Shown: positions 48,489 through 58,332 of the stretch, in pieces
Layout: each line of letters opens with the position of its first letter
Position numbering within the stretch: the stretch's first letter is position 1
NCBI GenBank assembly: GCA_018056375.1
Contig: JAGPFQ010000002.1
Coordinates: 75,344-139,343 of the forward strand
DNA: 64,000 nt
Origin: Candidatus Dojkabacteria bacterium
GTDB lineage: Bacteria; Patescibacteriota; Dojkabacteria; SC72
Direction of reading: 5' to 3'
Position numbers and translations under genes: made by a program
Notes under the pieces: generated by a model
Seen by the model: the letters and a program-made list of their open reading frames with translations, nothing else
Database searches by the model: none
Told to the model about the DNA's origin: nothing

Positions 48489-50246
48489 TTATCTTCTAGT
48501 TCCTCCCCATTCAGCGACAGTAAATCCTTTTCTGCTGGTATGCTTTATCTCTTGAGGTTTGATTTCTTCATATTCATTTAGTCTCTCGTATATCATGAAG
48601 ATTCTAATCTCGGTTGTAGGTTTTGGATATATCAGCAGGTTTGCTAGGATGTTAACATCTTCGTTTTGTAGGAAGTGAATTTTATAGTATGGAGAATGTT
48701 TACTTTTCATCTCTGGTATCCAGAACTCTTTAAAGTCATTAATTTCTTTATGGTTGAATCCTGCTTGAGTTAGAGCGAGGTTTAAGAAGGCTTCAAGATT
48801 CTCATTTTTAACAACAAAACCATCTGTTATATCAGGTAGGTGTTTACTTGTTGATTCCCACCAAAGGTATTCATATGTGTCACCTTTTGTATCTCTTATA
48901 GTACTGTTTCTATCTGCTAATACTGTCCACATGTTCTCATACTTTGGTAAAGTAAATGTTAATTCTCCTGTGGTAGGTAAGACTTTGACATTTACAAGAG
49001 TTTCTCTTTCAGGATAGAGATAGATGATGGGTTTAGCACATCCTCCAACCATTATATAATCTAGGTTGTAGAACTTAATTAGTCTTCCAACTTCATCTTC
49101 CCAGAAGATAATAGGGTGTTTAGTTAGATATTCTTCATATGTGAGAGCTGCTGCTTCGGTGTTTTCTCTGTATTCATAATGAAATTTTAGATAGTCTTCT
49201 TCGTAAAGTTTTTTAAGGCTACTATGTTGGGAATCCTTATGTTCGTAAATGGGTTCTTCAGTACCTGTTTTATGTCCAGTTATTTTAAGATCTTCTTTTT
49301 TCTCTTCCACTTCCCACAGACCAGTGGAGCTACAATAGTCGTAGCCATAATGATAATTTTCCTTGTTTGGGATATCTCCTTCCCATGTAATGGGGTAGGG
49401 AGCATCTTTTTCCCTTATTGTTAAAGAAGGAACATATTGAACACTTGCTAGAAAATGTTCTTTTGTTTTTATGTAGAAGGTATCTTTTTTATTCTTATCT
49501 TTGTATATAGGAGTATTTTTGTAAGTATCTACTTCTTCTATTTCTACATCTGTTGGTTTGATATCACCCAAAGAATACATAGTAAAAGGATAGTAATATG
49601 TTGTATAGTGTAATCCTTTTGTACTTTTGAATATTTCATCTTTTTGTATGTTCTCTGGTAACAAATTTGTGATTAGCCATATATCGTATTCTTTATCAAA
49701 TAGGTTACTGTTAGAATCTGAATATACATATGCATCATCAAATAGAGTGTAAAACTTTGAGTTATCAGCATTTGTGAAGATACGTGGATATGCTTGGTAG
49801 TCATCTACTTTACTCTCTATAATTAAATATTTTAGACCTATTAATTCATCTTTATGTGGTGTTGTATTAATGATTTTTCCAGCTTCTCTTATTTTACAAT
49901 TAGTACATAGATTAGGAATTTCTATATTATTATCTTTGTACTCTTCATAGAATTTCACTTCAACACCAATAGGTGTTTTTTGTGGTTCTTCGTTTTTAGT
50001 TTCACTTGTATTGCAGTTTACCTGTTTTTTAGCATTAAGTAGCTCTGCCCTAAGTTCTTTAACTTCCCTTGTTAATTCTGCATTTTTGATAATTTCAGAG
50101 TTTCTTTCTGCAGTTTGTACATCAATACCAATTACAAAGAAAGAAGTTACTAGATTTGTTAAGATAAACATTGAAAGAAAAACAAAGACCCAAGTTGGTA
50201 TCTTCTTTTTTCTCTTCTCTTTTGTATTTACTTCTTTTGTTGTCAT
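48489..50246 (-). CDS. Hypothetical membrane-anchored protein with coiled-coil segment and large extracytoplasmic domain (585 aa)
   Basis: N-terminal TM (WVFVFLSMFILTNLVTSFFVIG) and a coiled-coil-like ELRAELLNAKKQ segment. No catalytic motif recognised. Confidence 0.45.
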   Translation of the reverse strand: MTTKEVNTKEKRKKKIPTWVFVFLSMFILTNLVTSFFVIGIDVQTAERNSEIIKNAELTREVKELRAELLNAKKQVNCNTSETKNEEPQKTPIGVEVKFYEEYKDNNIEIPNLCTNCKIREAGKIINTTPHKDELIGLKYLIIESKVDDYQAYPRIFTNADNSKFYTLFDDAYVYSDSNSNLFDKEYDIWLITNLLPENIQKDEIFKSTKGLHYTTYYYPFTMYSLGDIKPTDVEIEEVDTYKNTPIYKDKNKKDTFYIKTKEHFLASVQYVPSLTIREKDAPYPITWEGDIPNKENYHYGYDYCSSTGLWEVEEKKEDLKITGHKTGTEEPIYEHKDSQHSSLKKLYEEDYLKFHYEYRENTEAAALTYEEYLTKHPIIFWEDEVGRLIKFYNLDYIMVGGCAKPIIYLYPERETLVNVKVLPTTGELTFTLPKYENMWTVLADRNSTIRDTKGDTYEYLWWESTSKHLPDITDGFVVKNENLEAFLNLALTQAGFNHKEINDFKEFWIPEMKSKHSPYYKIHFLQNEDVNILANLLIYPKPTTEIRIFMIYERLNEYEEIKPQEIKHTSRKGFTVAEWGGTRR

Positions 50247-50815
50247 TTCTCAGTAATGTTTATGTAATATTTTGCGTTTACATACTGAACAATTGGATAC
50301 AGAAGGAAATTGTCACTGCGATGGTCTTGTACGATATATAGTTCTGGTTTGTCTTTATGGCTAATATATTCTATGTAGGTTGTAGGGTCTTCGTTAAGTT
50401 CTATTTTGTATAACCTTAAGTGGTGCTTTACATCATCTAACTCTTTCAGATTTATTGTACTTATAGCACCGACTTCGTACACAGAAGAGTCCTTTGGGTA
50501 TGGATTGATAGGAGTTGTGATTAGAATAGGCTCTTCATATCGATGGACAGTAGTATTCTCAATCACAGTACTATTTTCAGATGGGAGCTTTTCTAAAATA
50601 TTGCAATAGTTTTGCATGTATGTGTTCTCTATCTGAAATCTCCACTTTTCTCTTTCTAATTTTAATTGTTCGTTAGTGCTGGGTATGTAGGTTTTTGAAT
50701 AGGTGTCCATAAACATTTCTATTGTGCTTCCACTAATCATAACTGATATTATGGATCCAACGATAAGTATTATCACTACGACGATAGGAATGGCAGTTTT
50801 AATCTTTTCTTTCAT
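50243..50815 (-). CDS. Hypothetical single-pass membrane protein (190 aa)
   Basis: N-terminal TM IPIVVVIILIVGSIISVMISG; overlaps the upstream gene by 4 nt (operon-like). Confidence 0.4.
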   Translation of the reverse strand: MKEKIKTAIPIVVVIILIVGSIISVMISGSTIEMFMDTYSKTYIPSTNEQLKLEREKWRFQIENTYMQNYCNILEKLPSENSTVIENTTVHRYEEPILITTPINPYPKDSSVYEVGAISTINLKELDDVKHHLRLYKIELNEDPTTYIEYISHKDKPELYIVQDHRSDNFLLYPIVQYVNAKYYINITEK

Positions 50816-50901
50816 TATTGTAAATAATATACTATCAATGGTAGTTGAGCAAGTGTTGTTTTAAGATAGTTGAGGGTTTTGGTGATATAATAAAAGAGAT
50901 A

Positions 50902-50977
<76 letters not shown>

Positions 50978-50978
50978 A

Positions 50979-51710
50979 CTATTTCTCTTTCTTTTCCCTT
51001 AGTTTTAGAGTTAAAACTAAGAATGTTATCCAAAGAGGTATAGAAACGATTGCTAATGCAACTACACTTCCGGGTGCCTCTAGTCTAACAATATCTTCTG
51101 GTTTGAAGTAGAAGTAGTTGACTAAAAGATATATAGATAGTGGGATGCAAATAATACTTAATACACTGTATATGATTAATGAAATGAAGTTGTATGTTTT
51201 TTTCAACCATGAGATAGTATTCTTTTTTTCAAGGAAGAGTAGGGTGATTCTATGAATTGCAAAGAGAATTAGCATTGATATTGTTAGAGTTGCTCCATTT
51301 ACTAATCCTTTTTTCTGTTTTATTGTATCAAAACAAACTTCTTCTTCCTCTATTTCCATTAATTCTCCTTGATAACAGGAGGGTTCTGCATTACTTTCAG
51401 TATCTGGTGTGTAAACGATTTCATCTTTCACTTCTGCATATGGTTCTTCTAGTTGATATGAGAAGGGTATTCCTAATTTGTATGAAGCTGCTGCATTTAG
51501 GAAGATGACTGTACCGATAGCTGCAATTGCTAGAGTTATAAAACTGATGATGTAGAGATAAATATGGAGTAAGGTATTGACACCCAAATTAATCTTTTTA
51601 TCTTTATTTCTAACTAAGTAAACAATCAAGTATATTGTTCCTGCTGTGAAAAGTAGGCTAAAGATTGTCATGAGGATAAAAAGAATCATGCCCATATATT
51701 CTCCTTCCAT
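50979..51710 (-). CDS. Hypothetical polytopic membrane protein, sandwiched between tRNA genes
   Basis: Multiple hydrophobic helices. The track ORF extends to 51821 across tRNA-Tyr, so the start is trimmed to the internal Met (MEGEYMGMILF...). Confidence 0.45.
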   Translation of the reverse strand: MEGEYMGMILFILMTIFSLLFTAGTIYLIVYLVRNKDKKINLGVNTLLHIYLYIISFITLAIAAIGTVIFLNAAASYKLGIPFSYQLEEPYAEVKDEIVYTPDTESNAEPSCYQGELMEIEEEEVCFDTIKQKKGLVNGATLTISMLILFAIHRITLLFLEKKNTISWLKKTYNFISLIIYSVLSIICIPLSIYLLVNYFYFKPEDIVRLEAPGSVVALAIVSIPLWITFLVLTLKLREKKEK

Positions 51711-51736
51711 AAGTTTAAGTGAAGATAAAATAAATA

Positions 51737-51819
51737 TGCAGGAAATTGGATTTGAACCAATGAACCCCGAAGGGAGCAGATTTACAGTCTGCCGCGATTG
51801 ACCACTCCGCCATTCCTGC
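51737..51819 (-). tRNA. tRNA-Tyr (anticodon GUA), long variable arm
   Basis: Reverse complement: acceptor GCAGGAA/TTCCTGC, anticodon stem GCAGA/TCTGC, loop CTGTAAA, variable arm TCCCTTCGGGGTTC, T-arm ATTGG-TTCAAAT-CCAAT, discriminator A. Confidence 0.75.
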
Positions 51820-51820
51820 A

Positions 51821-51897
51821 TGGAGCCAGAGGAGAGATTCGAACTCTCGACCTGCTGTTTACAAAACAGCTGCTCTGACCAACTGAGCTACTCGGGC
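51821..51897 (-). tRNA. tRNA-Thr (anticodon UGU), CCA encoded; 1 nt upstream of tRNA-Tyr
   Basis: Reverse complement: acceptor GCCCGAG/CTCTGGC (one C:U mismatch), D-arm GCTC-AGTTGGTCA-GAGC, anticodon stem GCTGT/ACAGC, loop TTTGTAA, T-arm GAGAG-TTCGAAT-CTCTC, T-CCA. Confidence 0.7.
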
Positions 51898-51899
51898 TT

Positions 51900-52380
51900 A
51901 ACTTATGGAGTCTATTATATCTTAAAACGTGAGTCAATGCCACATAAGAGGTCTGGCCTAGGTTTGCCCTTGATTCATATATTTTTAATAATCTCCTAAC
52001 GACTTCCTGCTACTTACTTTTTGACATGCTCCTTGTGGCCTCCTGAACCAAAACTTTTACAACGACTAGAAAGTATGGGTCGGGGAGCCTTATGGAGAGT
52101 GTGAAATATGAGGATTAAAATTTTCTTAACGAGGGGCAGACCTAGGTCAGACCTTTAGAGTTACAAAAAAATGCTCTAGAAGGAGGCAGAATCATAGAGC
52201 TCTTCTTTTTAGAAAGTGGGTTCCCTCAACTCTACCCCAAGGAGCAGAGTGATTATATCTATTTGGGATCCCTAGCTCTTATTTACGGAGCTATGAAACC
52301 GCCTGTATTCTCCTAGAGCAATATATTATCCCATGAGAAAAAAATGATTGCCAATAGGTTGGGGCTTGTAGTAAAGATTC
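51900..52380. ncRNA. Candidate structured noncoding RNA region (unassigned) between the M50 protease gene and the tRNA cluster
   Basis: ~480 bp without a credible ORF and visibly GC-richer than the flanks. Contains related motifs around CCTAGG (tctggcctaggtttgccc at ~51952 and cagacctaggtcagacc at ~52137). No RNase P, tmRNA or SRP consensus could be confirmed by eye. Confidence 0.25.
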
Positions 52381-53009
52381 TAAAAAAAGCCTAGTAAAGC
52401 AAGAACTTTTGTTAATGTTTTTCCTAATATAACGGAGGCAATTGAGCCAAATGGAAATATGGGTAATAGTAATAACAAGAGAGGTATATAGTAATAACTT
52501 TCTAATTTTTCCCAGTAGTATCTAAGCTTTCCTTTTGGAATGATTGCTCTTACAATCTTGTGTCCATCTAGGGGTGGTATTGGGATAAGATTAAATACTG
52601 CCAAGACACAGTTAATCATTGCAAATGTTGTTAGTAATGTGTATATCCAAGATTCAGGACTGGGTTTTAATAGTGCATTTATTCCAGCTGCTAGTAGTAA
52701 TAGTAGGATGTTTGATACTGGACCTGCTAGGGAAACAAGAGCTGTATCTCTTTCTCTTCTTTCGAAGTTATACTCGTTTATTGGCACAGGTTTACTCCAT
52801 CCAAATTTGAAGATAAGCATAGAGATTGCACCTATTGGATCAATATGTGATAGTGGATTTAGAGTTAGTCTACCAGCTGCTTTTGCTGTAGGGTCTCCTA
52901 ATTTCATTGCTGCCCAAGCATGTGCATATTCGTGAACAGTAGAGGCAATTAGTATTGATGGTATTGCAAAAAGTATCCAATATATTGTTTCTGATATTGC
53001 TGAGTTCAC
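52380..53009 (-). CDS. M50 family (site-2 protease-like) zinc metalloprotease
   Basis: HEYAHAW HExxH in a TM helix, LIPIPPLDGHK second motif, polytopic; 209 aa. Confidence 0.8.
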   Translation of the reverse strand: MNSAISETIYWILFAIPSILIASTVHEYAHAWAAMKLGDPTAKAAGRLTLNPLSHIDPIGAISMLIFKFGWSKPVPINEYNFERRERDTALVSLAGPVSNILLLLLAAGINALLKPSPESWIYTLLTTFAMINCVLAVFNLIPIPPLDGHKIVRAIIPKGKLRYYWEKLESYYYIPLLLLLLPIFPFGSIASVILGKTLTKVLALLGFF

Positions 53010-53056
53010 ATCCTCATTATACTAAAGATGACATTATTTTGTATAATGAGTTGAGT

Positions 53057-54433
53057 ATGGAAAATTTTAAAGATAAAAAGGTTCTAATATTTGGTCTTGG
53101 TTTGAATGATGGTGGTCTTGGAATGACTGAGTTTTTTTTAGAACAGGGAGCGATAGTTACAATAACTGATGGGAAGAGTGAGGAGGAGTTAAGGCCTACA
53201 CTGGAGAAGCTGGAGAAGTATAAGGATAGGGTGACACTTCATTTGGGTGAGCATATAGAGGAGGATTTTATCAACAATGACATTATCATTCGTAATCCAG
53301 CTATTAAACCAGATAATCAGTATCTACAGATAGCAAGGGATGCTGGTAAAAGGATAGAGATGGAGATGAGTCTGTTTCATAGATTAGCTCCATGTAAGAT
53401 AGTGGGAGTGACTGGTACTAAAGGTAAGTCTACTACTACGACTTTGGTATATGAATTTTTGAAAAAGAAATTTGGAAATAGAGTTCTATTAGCAGGTAAT
53501 ATTGGGAAAAGTGCAATTAGAGAACTTCCAAGATTAACTAAGGATGATATTGCAGTTTTAGAGCTTTCAAGTTTTCAATTGGATGCAATGGGTGAGAACA
53601 AGGTATCTCCTGATGTTGCTTTGGTAACAAATATGTTTGCAGATCATCTAAATTGGCATGCAGATATGAATGAGTATATAGAAGCTAAAAAGAATATATG
53701 TAAGTATCAAGGTGAGGATGGAATTCTTGTTGTAAATTTAGATAATAAAATATCTGCTACATTTTTAGACAGGTATACCCACAGGGGTATAGGTTTTTCT
53801 TTGCAGAAAAAAGATTCTTCGTACTACATGGACAGTAATTTAGATGTATATGAAAAAGGAGAAAAGTTTTTAAATATCAGCGATGCTGCCTTGCAGGGGA
53901 CCCATAATCACTACAACATTCTTGGAGCTATCGCTGTTGCTAGGGAGTTTGAAGTCTCAGTATCTGAAATACTTTCTGTATTGAAAGAGTTTCAAGGAGT
54001 AGAAGGTAGGCAACAATTTGTTAGAGAGATTAAAGGGGTGAAGTTTTATAACGATACTACTGCAACTTCAGTAGAAGCTATGGTTGCTATGTTAGATAGA
54101 TTTAAAAATCAGAGTGGCAAGATAGTTATGATATCAGGGGGTATGGATAAAGGATTAGATTACAGTAAGGTTGTTGAGAAAATGAAAGATGAATTAAAAG
54201 CACTTGTTCTGTTTGAAGGAACAGCTTCTGAAAAAATTGCAGATTTAATGAAGAGTGAAGAGTATGTTCATAAATACTATGGAACTCTTGAGGATGCAGT
54301 AGATAAGGCATTGGAACTTGCTGCAAGTGGTGATATGATAATTCTCTGTCCGGGTGCAACAAGTTTTAATATGTTTCTTAATGAATTTGATAGGGGTGCT
54401 AAATATGTCAATTATGTCAATTCTCTAAAATGA
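53057..54433 (+). CDS. murD: UDP-N-acetylmuramoylalanine--D-glutamate ligase
   Basis: N-terminal KVLIFGLGLNDGG Rossmann motif and Mur ligase P-loop VGVTGTKGKSTTT. Start moved to the internal Met because the track ORF overlaps the M50 gene. Confidence 0.8.
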   Translation: MENFKDKKVLIFGLGLNDGGLGMTEFFLEQGAIVTITDGKSEEELRPTLEKLEKYKDRVTLHLGEHIEEDFINNDIIIRNPAIKPDNQYLQIARDAGKRIEMEMSLFHRLAPCKIVGVTGTKGKSTTTTLVYEFLKKKFGNRVLLAGNIGKSAIRELPRLTKDDIAVLELSSFQLDAMGENKVSPDVALVTNMFADHLNWHADMNEYIEAKKNICKYQGEDGILVVNLDNKISATFLDRYTHRGIGFSLQKKDSSYYMDSNLDVYEKGEKFLNISDAALQGTHNHYNILGAIAVAREFEVSVSEILSVLKEFQGVEGRQQFVREIKGVKFYNDTTATSVEAMVAMLDRFKNQSGKIVMISGGMDKGLDYSKVVEKMKDELKALVLFEGTASEKIADLMKSEEYVHKYYGTLEDAVDKALELAASGDMIILCPGATSFNMFLNEFDRGAKYVNYVNSLK

Positions 54434-55752
54434 TAGATACAAGTAATTTAAAAAAGGTACACTTTATAGGGATAGCATCAGGCTTTAGTAGTTTCTGTGC
54501 TAACTATCTTATTAACAAGGGAGTTCAGGTAACAGCATCAGAAATTAATCAAGAGTCTGAGAGTGCAAAAGAGTGGATAAAGAGAGGGGTTTTGTATGAA
54601 GGAGGACATGATAGTAAGTATATTACAGATGATATTGATTTAGTTGTATATCCTAATGGCCCAATTCCTGGTAATCCAGAGTATGAAGAAACAGAGAAAA
54701 AAGGTATTAAGTCAATAATATTGCCTAAGTTAGTAGGGGAGATAGGGAAGGATTTTAAGGTTATCGCAATTGCTGGAACTCATGGTAAGACTACTACTTC
54801 AGCATTAACTGTATGGGTTTTGTACAAGGCTCTTGGATATTTACCAAATTTCATAATAGGGGATAATATTTTGGGGATAAATAGATCTTGGAATTATAAT
54901 GAAGATTCGGAATATCTTGTGATTGAGGCATGTGAGTACAGAAGACAGTTTTTAGATAGGGCACCAGCTCCATATATCTCTGTGATTACGAATATTGAAA
55001 TAGATCACACCGACTATTACAAAGACCAAGATGATTACAATAGTGCTTTCTCAGAATTCCTTTCTAATACAGTAGGTACGATAATAATAGATAAGAAGGG
55101 TGTTAATGTAGAGGAAGTTCTAAAGAATATTAAGAGTAATGCAAAAATAATGGATTGTGCGGAGTGTAGGGAAGAATGTTCATGTGTAGATGCTAATTTG
55201 ATAGGTGATTACAACAAGGAGAATATTCTTAGAGCTCTCTGTGTTGGTAAGGTTCTTGGTTTTGATGTAGATATGGAGGACTTTCCTGGGGTTGCATCAA
55301 GAATGGAATATTTAGGTAAGACTAAGAATGGAATGCCTCTGTATATGGACTATGCTCATAATCCTAAAAAGATAAAGTCTTGTTTGGAGGGGGTGAAAAG
55401 TGCTTTCCCAAAAAAGAAAATCTTAATGGTGTGGCAACCACATAGCTATGAAAGGACATATACCTTTAAAGACCAATTTGCAGAGAGTGTTTTTGATTTA
55501 GATGTTTTGTATATACCAAATATCTTTTCACCAGGTAGAGAGTCAGAGAGTGATAGGCAGTTGATAGGTGTGGATTCTTTTGTAGATATTTTGCAAAAGA
55601 AAAATCCTGAAAAAGAAATATTAAACACTGTCTCTTTTGAAAACACTGCTGAAATGATTAATGAGGAAAGATTTGGCGATACCTGGGTAGGTATACTAGC
55701 TAGTGCTGGAGATCTAAAGAAAATTCTTAATTTTATTGACCTGTCAAAATGA
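54430..55752 (+). CDS. murC: UDP-N-acetylmuramate--L-alanine ligase
   Basis: N-terminal HFIGIASGFSS (MurC-type) and P-loop IAIAGTHGKTTTS. 4-nt overlap with murD. Confidence 0.75.
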   Translation: MIDTSNLKKVHFIGIASGFSSFCANYLINKGVQVTASEINQESESAKEWIKRGVLYEGGHDSKYITDDIDLVVYPNGPIPGNPEYEETEKKGIKSIILPKLVGEIGKDFKVIAIAGTHGKTTTSALTVWVLYKALGYLPNFIIGDNILGINRSWNYNEDSEYLVIEACEYRRQFLDRAPAPYISVITNIEIDHTDYYKDQDDYNSAFSEFLSNTVGTIIIDKKGVNVEEVLKNIKSNAKIMDCAECREECSCVDANLIGDYNKENILRALCVGKVLGFDVDMEDFPGVASRMEYLGKTKNGMPLYMDYAHNPKKIKSCLEGVKSAFPKKKILMVWQPHSYERTYTFKDQFAESVFDLDVLYIPNIFSPGRESESDRQLIGVDSFVDILQKKNPEKEILNTVSFENTAEMINEERFGDTWVGILASAGDLKKILNFIDLSK

Positions 55753-57320
55753 AATATTCAGAAACAAAGAAAGCAACTATCCTAGGAATTGGTGGTGAAG
55801 GTGCCTACTATTTAGCTAAATTCTTACTCTTGTTAGGTGTTGAGATAGAGGGTTTTGATATGAAAGAGAGTGAAAGGACAAAAGAATTAGAAGATTTAGG
55901 TGCAAAGATAAACTACAGAAATCCAGAAGAGGATGTTTTTGATACAGATTTTTACATTTTTTCCTCAAATATCCCATCATCTATTATGGATAATGTTTTT
56001 AAAGCTAATCCAAAATTAAAAAAATATGAAGTAGGTGGGTTCTATCACAAGTTAGTTAAGGAGTATGAGAACAATCTGCTTAATGAAAAGGAGAAAACAG
56101 CTTTTTTGAAGTCGGATATAGCCCCATTGTTTAACATTGATCTAAGTAAAATGAGGTATATCTCTGTAACAGGTACAGATGGTAAAACAACAACATCAAC
56201 AATGGTCTATCACATGTTAAAAGAGAATGGTTTTAAGCCTGCATTAATCACCAGTGTTGCTGCTTTCATAGGAGATGAACAGATAGATACAGGTTTTCAT
56301 ACCACAACTCCTACTGCACAGAATATGTTTGCGTTGATAAAGAAGGCTGAAAAGAATAAATGTACACATATCATAGTTGAATCAACTTCTCATGGGCTTG
56401 AGCAGGGTAGGTTGGCAGGTATAAAGTTTGACAATGTTGGATATACCAATATTACTACAGAACATTTAGACTATCACAAAACTGGAGAGAGGTATTTTCA
56501 GGCTAAGGCTTTGTTGACAACAGATCATCTTCAAAAGGGTGGTAGTGTTACTTTGAATGAAGATGATGATTCTTTTGTTAAATTAAAGAAGATTGCAAAA
56601 AACTATTCTTCATACAGTATAGAGAAAAAAGCAGATTTCTATGCAACAGATATTGTAGAAGGAGAGGATAGCATATCTCTAAAGGTTAATGGTTTGGAGT
56701 GTACATTACCTCTAATTGGGTTGTTTAATGTCAGTAATTTCCTCTGTGCTTTGTCTATCTGTTCTAAAGAAGGAATTCCTTTGGAAAATTTGTTATCAAG
56801 TATAGCTAGTTTGCAACCAGTTGTTGGAAGAATGGAAGTTCTTCAACAGAAACCATTCATTGTAATTGTAGACTTTGCACATACAGCTAATTCTACCTTA
56901 AATGCTTTGAAATCAGCTAAGAAACTTGTAAAAGACGGTTCTAAATTGATACATGTCTTTGGTTGTGCAGGACAGAGAGACCCAGGGAAGCGGTTTAAGA
57001 TGGGTAAGACATCTAATGAGTATGCAGACATTACAATCCTTACAGCAGAAGATTGTAGATTTGAGAGTCTAAAGGATATTAATGATGAGATAGAGAGAGG
57101 ATGGAGAGATGGTGGTAACAAAAATGCCAAGATATTTAGGTTTGATGATGATACTGTTAATGTGGAAGTTAGAAGAGATGCTATACTAAAAGCTTTTGAA
57201 TTAGCTCAGGAAAATGATGTCATTATCATTACAGGTAAATCTCATGAGAACTCTCTCTGTTTTGGTGATGTTGAATATGATTGGAATGATATCGAAGAAG
57301 TTAAGAAGCTAATTAACTAG
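55749..57320 (+). CDS. murE: Mur ligase family protein, most similar in motif layout to MurE (UDP-MurNAc-tripeptide synthetase)
   Basis: P-loop ISVTGTDGKTTTS, NITTEHLDYH motif, HVFGCAGQRDPGKR near the C-terminus. The DNPR motif is degenerate. Confidence 0.6.
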   Translation: MKYSETKKATILGIGGEGAYYLAKFLLLLGVEIEGFDMKESERTKELEDLGAKINYRNPEEDVFDTDFYIFSSNIPSSIMDNVFKANPKLKKYEVGGFYHKLVKEYENNLLNEKEKTAFLKSDIAPLFNIDLSKMRYISVTGTDGKTTTSTMVYHMLKENGFKPALITSVAAFIGDEQIDTGFHTTTPTAQNMFALIKKAEKNKCTHIIVESTSHGLEQGRLAGIKFDNVGYTNITTEHLDYHKTGERYFQAKALLTTDHLQKGGSVTLNEDDDSFVKLKKIAKNYSSYSIEKKADFYATDIVEGEDSISLKVNGLECTLPLIGLFNVSNFLCALSICSKEGIPLENLLSSIASLQPVVGRMEVLQQKPFIVIVDFAHTANSTLNALKSAKKLVKDGSKLIHVFGCAGQRDPGKRFKMGKTSNEYADITILTAEDCRFESLKDINDEIERGWRDGGNKNAKIFRFDDDTVNVEVRRDAILKAFELAQENDVIIITGKSHENSLCFGDVEYDWNDIEEVKKLIN

Positions 57321-57365
57321 TTTCTTGGCTTGCACCATTTAGGTTATTGATATATAATGCTCGCT

Positions 57366-57578
57366 ATGGCAAAAATGTGTGAACTTTGTGGAAAATCTAC
57401 AGTGTCTGGAAACAGAATACAGCATAAGCACTCTGTTGGGTGGAGATATAAAGCTCCTAAGACAAAGAGGGCTTTTGTGCCTAACCTTAGGAAAATAGAT
57501 GTTGATATTGATGGTACACCTAAGAGGATTAATGCTTGTATGAAGTGTTATAAAAGACTTAGAAAAGAGCAGGAGTAA
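57366..57578 (+). CDS. rpmB: 50S ribosomal protein L28
   Basis: MAKMCELCGKSTVSGNRIQHKHS...PNL matches the L28 consensus (M.K.C...GK....GN..SH.....R.F.PNL). Confidence 0.85.
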   Translation: MAKMCELCGKSTVSGNRIQHKHSVGWRYKAPKTKRAFVPNLRKIDVDIDGTPKRINACMKCYKRLRKEQE

Positions 57579-57620
57579 ATTTTCTTTACAATATCCTTTA
57601 TTATTTGGTAACATTTCTAT

Positions 57621-58262
57621 ATGACAGATTCGTTTGACTTTGATGAGCCAGTAGGAGAATCTCCTGAGTCTCGTTTATGTAAAGAGTTATTAGGACAGGA
57701 TTATGAGGAGGATCCAGAATCTGTATTTGATAAGATGAATGCAGATAGAAAGGAGATTGCTCAAAAATACGGTATACCATTATTGTTTGAGCAAGGACAA
57801 GATTATAAGAAATATGCCCAAGAGTTAGTGGATTTTGCTAGTAGGGAAAATATTCCTGTTTTGTATGTGGATTCGTCTAGGTTAGAATCAGAGGGTGCTG
57901 CTGCAGGTCGCACATCTTCTGGAGATATAGCAGTACCTAAAATAGATTTCGACAAGTCTACAACTAGTCAAATCTATAACTGGTCAGTAAGATTGGGACA
58001 TGAGTTAATACATGCTTTACAGGAGAGGAAAGAACCAAATATGCCTATCGAAAAGGCAGAATACGAGGCATATGTTGCTACATATCTCCCTACTGCATAT
58101 GCAATTGCATCTAAGGAAGTAGGTGGTGTTAAAGGATATCTTATGTATTTTAGAGCAGTAGATAATGTTTTGGACTTGATTAAAGGTTCCAGTTTGTATA
58201 ATTACAAAAAAAGAGGGATTCCTGAAAATAATATCTCGTGGTATAAAACTATTGAATCGTAA
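57621..58262 (+). CDS. Hypothetical acidic protein with HExxH motif (HELIHAL)
   Basis: ORF only plus a single HExxH. 213 aa. Confidence 0.4.
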   Translation: MTDSFDFDEPVGESPESRLCKELLGQDYEEDPESVFDKMNADRKEIAQKYGIPLLFEQGQDYKKYAQELVDFASRENIPVLYVDSSRLESEGAAAGRTSSGDIAVPKIDFDKSTTSQIYNWSVRLGHELIHALQERKEPNMPIEKAEYEAYVATYLPTAYAIASKEVGGVKGYLMYFRAVDNVLDLIKGSSLYNYKKRGIPENNISWYKTIES

Positions 58263-58332
58263 CCCCTCGAGTTCTTCACCATTTGATGGTAAAATTACTG
58301 AGTAATTAATTATAAATATTTTGTTCATTAGT

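Noticed and set aside
50979-51821. N-terminal 37 codons of the 280-aa track ORF
   Set aside because: That extension overlaps tRNA-Tyr (51737-51819) on the same strand. The gene was trimmed to the internal Met at ~51710.
51900-52380. Specific assignment of the GC-rich noncoding block as RNase P RNA, tmRNA or SRP RNA
   Set aside because: The universal motifs (RNase P GGAAAGTCCGG / ACAGAACCCGGCTTA; tmRNA GGGG...TTCGAC 5' end and T-arm...CCACCA 3' end; SRP GGAAGCAG helix-8 loop) could not be matched confidently on either strand. It is reported only as an unassigned candidate.
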